From an uncultured Rhodothermales bacterium (GTDB lineage Bacteria > Bacteroidota > Rhodothermia > Rhodothermales > UBA10348), in the NCBI GenBank assembly GCA_964512485.1, contig CAZEHJ010000001.1, positions 15,523 to 79,522 on the forward strand: a stretch of DNA of 64,000 bases, written 5' to 3'. A model generated the notes under the pieces. The model ran no database searches. It was not told the origin of the DNA and saw only the letters and a program-made list of their open reading frames with translations. How positions within the stretch are numbered: the stretch's first letter is position 1; each line of letters begins with the position of its first letter. Position numbers and translations under genes: made by a program. Shown in pieces: positions 61,298 to 64,000 of the stretch.

Positions 61298-62344
61298 TCA
61301 GCTGAACTGCTCTAAGAATCGGATATCGTTTTCGTACAGAATGCGGATATCATCAATGCCATAACGCAACATTGCTATCCGCTCAACGCCCATTCCGAAG
61401 GCGTAGCCAGTGTATCGCTCAGAGTCGATTCCGACACCCTCCAGAACATTCGGATCGACCATACCGCATCCCAGAATTTCCATCCAACGACCTCCGCCCG
61501 GGAGATCGTCATCTTGCCACCATATGTCCACTTCTGCACTGGGTTCGGTGAATGGAAAGAAGCTGGGACGAAATCTCATGACAACATCTTCACCGAATAG
61601 CGTGCGAGCAAACGCGTGAAGAATCTGCTTCAAGTCGGCCATGGTCACTCCTTCGTCCACATAGAGACCCTCAACCTGATGAAACAGGCAGTAGGATTTA
61701 TAGGAGATCGCCTCATTTCGATAGACACGGCCAGGGACGATCACCCGAATCGGGGGTTCACGATTTTCCATGACTCGGATCTGGACCGGGGAAGTGTGCG
61801 TCCTTAGCAAAATTCCGTCGTCCGAGTTTTCGGGTTCCTCGATGAAGAAAGTGTCCTGCATATCCCGGGCAGGGTGGTCCGGAGGGAAATTGAGCGCAGA
61901 AAAATTGTGCCAGTCGTCCTCGATTTCCGGTCCTTCGGCGACTTCAAAACCGTAGCTCTCAAAAACCTTCGTGATGAGACGCTGAGCCTGGGTAATCGGG
62001 TGCAGACTTCCCTGAGGCAACGTCCGTCCCGGAAGCGTCAGATCAGATGGAGCAGCCCCGGCCGCCGCTCCCCCACTGAGGGCAGATGCGGCTTCCTCAA
62101 GGCGGGCTTCGACTCTGGCTTTGGCGGCATTGATCTGCTGCCCGAATTCTTTTCTGTCTTCTGGTGCCACGTCCGGAATCCGTTTCAGGAGGGCCGTTAT
62201 CTGCCCCTGCTTCCTGCTCAAAAACCTGATTCGGTAGTCGTCGGCAGCCTGGGTGGAGTCCAGCGCTGTGTCTTCGATCTCATTCTTGAGATCGTTAAGT
62301 GCCGTCAGAGCGGCTTCCGCGACGTTTGTGTTAGACTCTTCCAT
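61298..62344 (-). CDS. pheS: Phenylalanine--tRNA ligase alpha subunit
   Basis: 348 aa with class II motifs: [39 protein letters not shown] and [22 protein letters not shown]. Confidence 0.95.
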   Translation of the reverse strand: MEESNTNVAEAALTALNDLKNEIEDTALDSTQAADDYRIRFLSRKQGQITALLKRIPDVAPEDRKEFGQQINAAKARVEARLEEAASALSGGAAAGAAPSDLTLPGRTLPQGSLHPITQAQRLITKVFESYGFEVAEGPEIEDDWHNFSALNFPPDHPARDMQDTFFIEEPENSDDGILLRTHTSPVQIRVMENREPPIRVIVPGRVYRNEAISYKSYCLFHQVEGLYVDEGVTMADLKQILHAFARTLFGEDVVMRFRPSFFPFTEPSAEVDIWWQDDDLPGGGRWMEILGCGMVDPNVLEGVGIDSERYTGYAFGMGVERIAMLRYGIDDIRILYENDIRFLEQFS

Positions 62345-62413
62345 ATCGGATCTCGTTGGATCAGCTTCCAGGTTGGCCCGGAGGGGAATTCAGTATTGCA
62401 ATAAACAAAAAAA

Positions 62414-62442
62414 TCCCGCCTGACCTGTTAAAGGAGGCGGGA
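62414..62442 (-). terminator. Intrinsic terminator / attenuator between rplT and pheS
   Basis: On the minus strand, tcccgcct-[cctttaacaggtc]-aggcggga is a perfect 8-bp stem followed by T7 (62413-62407). Confidence 0.75.
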
Positions 62443-62558
62443 CTTTTGAAACTGTGCGAATCCATCAGGAACGGTATTCGACCAGCACCACCTTTAACAG
62501 TCAGAGGGTAGTGCGGTGATAAATCGTTCGATGTGTCGCATAGCTGTTGTCATTTTCC

Positions 62559-62903
62559 TTAAGAGGCTTTTTTGACAACCGCCGAGAAGGTGTCCGGATC
62601 GTGCATTGCGAGGTCAGCAAGAACCTTTCGATTGAGCTGGACATCGGCCTTACGAAGCGATCCCATGAGCTGCGAATACGTCGTATCGTTGAGGCGGGCG
62701 CCTGCGTTGATACGCGAAATCCACAAACGGCGGAACTGGCGCTTGCGTGCGCGGCGATCACGGTACTGGTAGGTGAGTGCTTTTTCAACCGCATTCTTGG
62801 AAACGGTATATACGTTTTTCCTGCGGCCCCAATAGCCTTTGGCCATCGACATAATCTTCTTACGTCGTTTCCTCGAGGCTACTCTGTTAGTTGCGCGTGG
62901 CAT
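62559..62903 (-). CDS. rplT: 50S ribosomal protein L20
   Basis: [30 protein letters not shown]...[13 protein letters not shown] is the canonical L20 sequence. Confidence 0.95.
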   Translation of the reverse strand: MPRATNRVASRKRRKKIMSMAKGYWGRRKNVYTVSKNAVEKALTYQYRDRRARKRQFRRLWISRINAGARLNDTTYSQLMGSLRKADVQLNRKVLADLAMHDPDTFSAVVKKAS

Positions 62904-63007
62904 TTTACTTTACTCTTTCTCTACTGTTGGTTGCTCTTGATACCCTTTGCCATCTGTTCAAGAAGAATCCCGATCAGCGGCTGGGGTGGCGTCTGTAAGT
63001 GCGGTTG

Positions 63008-63202
63008 TCAGCCGTTGATAAGCTTGCGAATCCGCGGCTCATCGGCTTTGTCGACCAGAGTCGCCTGGCGCAAGTTGCGCTTGGTTTTCGGTGACTTCTT
63101 GGTCAGAATGTGACTTGCGAACGCTTTTTTACGCTTGATACGACCAGTTCCGGTCAATTTGAAGCGCTTTTTAGCTCCGCTATTTGATTTCATTTTCGGC
63201 AT
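63008..63202 (-). CDS. rpmI: 50S ribosomal protein L35
   Basis: Start at [36 protein letters not shown] (64 aa). The longer ORF-track N-terminus is not L35-like. Confidence 0.9.
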   Translation of the reverse strand: MPKMKSNSGAKKRFKLTGTGRIKRKKAFASHILTKKSPKTKRNLRQATLVDKADEPRIRKLING

Positions 63203-63414
63203 AAATGTGCCTCGATCTTGCAAAAACAGGCAGGGTGTGCCTGAACAGCAATTATTGGTGTTCTTTCTGAATCCGAAACAGGGTCGGGTGCAGAAATGAC
63301 TGAGCCTCAAAAACTACGAAAACGGGCCAGATTCCGCAACATCCAACTCGGTCAAGAACTGTCGAATTGCGTTGAGAATTCCGTGAATCAGGCGTCTCGA
63401 AGACCAATGGTGCG

Positions 63415-63951
63415 TCAGACCTTCTTTTTGGCCGGGCTCAGAATTGTTGTCATCCTTCTACCCTCCATTTTCGGCTCCTGGTCGATTTTGGCCAGATCTG
63501 CCAATTCCAGGATGAATCGGGCCAGAATCTCCATGCCATGATCCTTGTAGATGATGTCCCTTCCGCGGAACTGGACGTACGCCCTCACCTTGTGACCGTG
63601 TTCAAGGAAATTCTTCGCATGCTTTGTCTTGAAGTTGAAATCATGGGTATCCGTGTGGGGACGGAACCGGATTTCCTTCATTTCAATGGTATGCTGCTTT
63701 TTTCGAGCCTCTTTTTCCTTTTTCTGTTGCTCGTACCGGAATTTGCCATAATCCATGATTTTGCAAACCGGCGGCTCAGCGTTGGGGGAAATTTCAACCA
63801 GATCCAAATCCTGGTCGTCTGCCATCTGAATGGCGACTTCGGTGGGGTAAATACCGTGATTTCCTTTGGGGTCGACTACACGAACTTCTGAAGCCCGGAT
63901 GCGGTCGTTAACTCTAATAACTTGTTTTGCGATGACAGTAAAGGTGTCTAT
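63415..63951 (-). CDS. infC: Translation initiation factor IF-3 (non-AUG start)
   Basis: ...RVNDRIRASEVRVVDPKGNHGIYPTEVAIQMADDQDLDLVEISPNAEPPVCKIMDYGKF... matches IF-3. The conserved N-domain lies upstream of the first ATG. The only in-frame start candidates after the TAA at 63954-63952 are ATA (63951), ATC (63933) and ATT (63918). Confidence 0.85.
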   Translation of the reverse strand: MDTFTVIAKQVIRVNDRIRASEVRVVDPKGNHGIYPTEVAIQMADDQDLDLVEISPNAEPPVCKIMDYGKFRYEQQKKEKEARKKQHTIEMKEIRFRPHTDTHDFNFKTKHAKNFLEHGHKVRAYVQFRGRDIIYKDHGMEILARFILELADLAKIDQEPKMEGRRMTTILSPAKKKV

Positions 63952-64000
63952 TTAGGACGTTGGTCGTATTGGAATGGCAAAAAACGCCATAACAGGCAGT

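Noticed and set aside
62345-62558. T-box riboswitch upstream of pheS
   Set aside because: aaaGGTGGTGCtgg faintly resembles the T-box core GGGUGGUACCGCG, and UGGU could pair with an ACCA tRNA end. However, the leader is only about 145 nt with no Stem I, K-turn or specifier loop. The spacing between the T-box-like sequence and its pairing partner (about 50 nt) is also wrong. I report it as an unclassified attenuator instead.
62547-63113. 188-aa plus-strand ORF
   Set aside because: It is antisense to rplT and rpmI, whose products are unmistakable.
63203-63310. ORF-track N-terminal extension of rpmI ([12 protein letters not shown]...)
   Set aside because: L35 universally starts MPKMK.... The extension is Cys-rich and falls in the infC-rpmI spacer.

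Overview
This is a 64-kb chromosomal window that looks like it comes from an FCB-group bacterium (Bacteroidota / Rhodothermota / Balneolota-like). The lineage call is an inference: four proteins end in a Por/T9SS C-terminal sorting domain (LDQNYPNPFNP... type), and there is a DUF4292 / EnvC-like envelope operon. I call 47 protein-coding genes. I found no rRNA, tRNA, CRISPR array, transposase, integrase or recognisable defence gene.

Much of the window is housekeeping: hisA, metG, lpdA, rpiB, ccmF, zapA and the classical infC-rpmI-rplT-pheS-pheT cluster. Interleaved with these are envelope, secreted and signalling genes.

The parts I think deserve a second look are:
1. A TroABCD-like metal ABC importer in which both permeases carry a C-terminal DtxR-like winged-helix extension. 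It sits behind a perfect 16-bp palindrome with a DtxR/IdeR-like half-site.
2. Two tandem, anciently duplicated T9SS cargo proteins of about 1330 aa (beta-helix-like N-terminus, DUF11-like segment, BNR propeller). A CRTAC1/ASPIC FG-GAP T9SS protein follows them.
3. A GAF-PP2C / STAS / Hanks-kinase cluster with no RsbW-type kinase or sigma factor.
4. An ArsR-ArsM pair in which ArsM has an N-terminal extension with four evenly spaced Cys-Cys pairs.
5. A terminator/antiterminator-like switch between rplT and pheS that is neither a pheM-type leader nor a T-box.
6. A roughly 600-bp non-coding gap after zapA that could hold a 6S-like sRNA.
7. A secreted M1-peptidase homologue with every catalytic residue replaced.

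All functional calls come from reading motifs by eye. No database search or folding computation was run.
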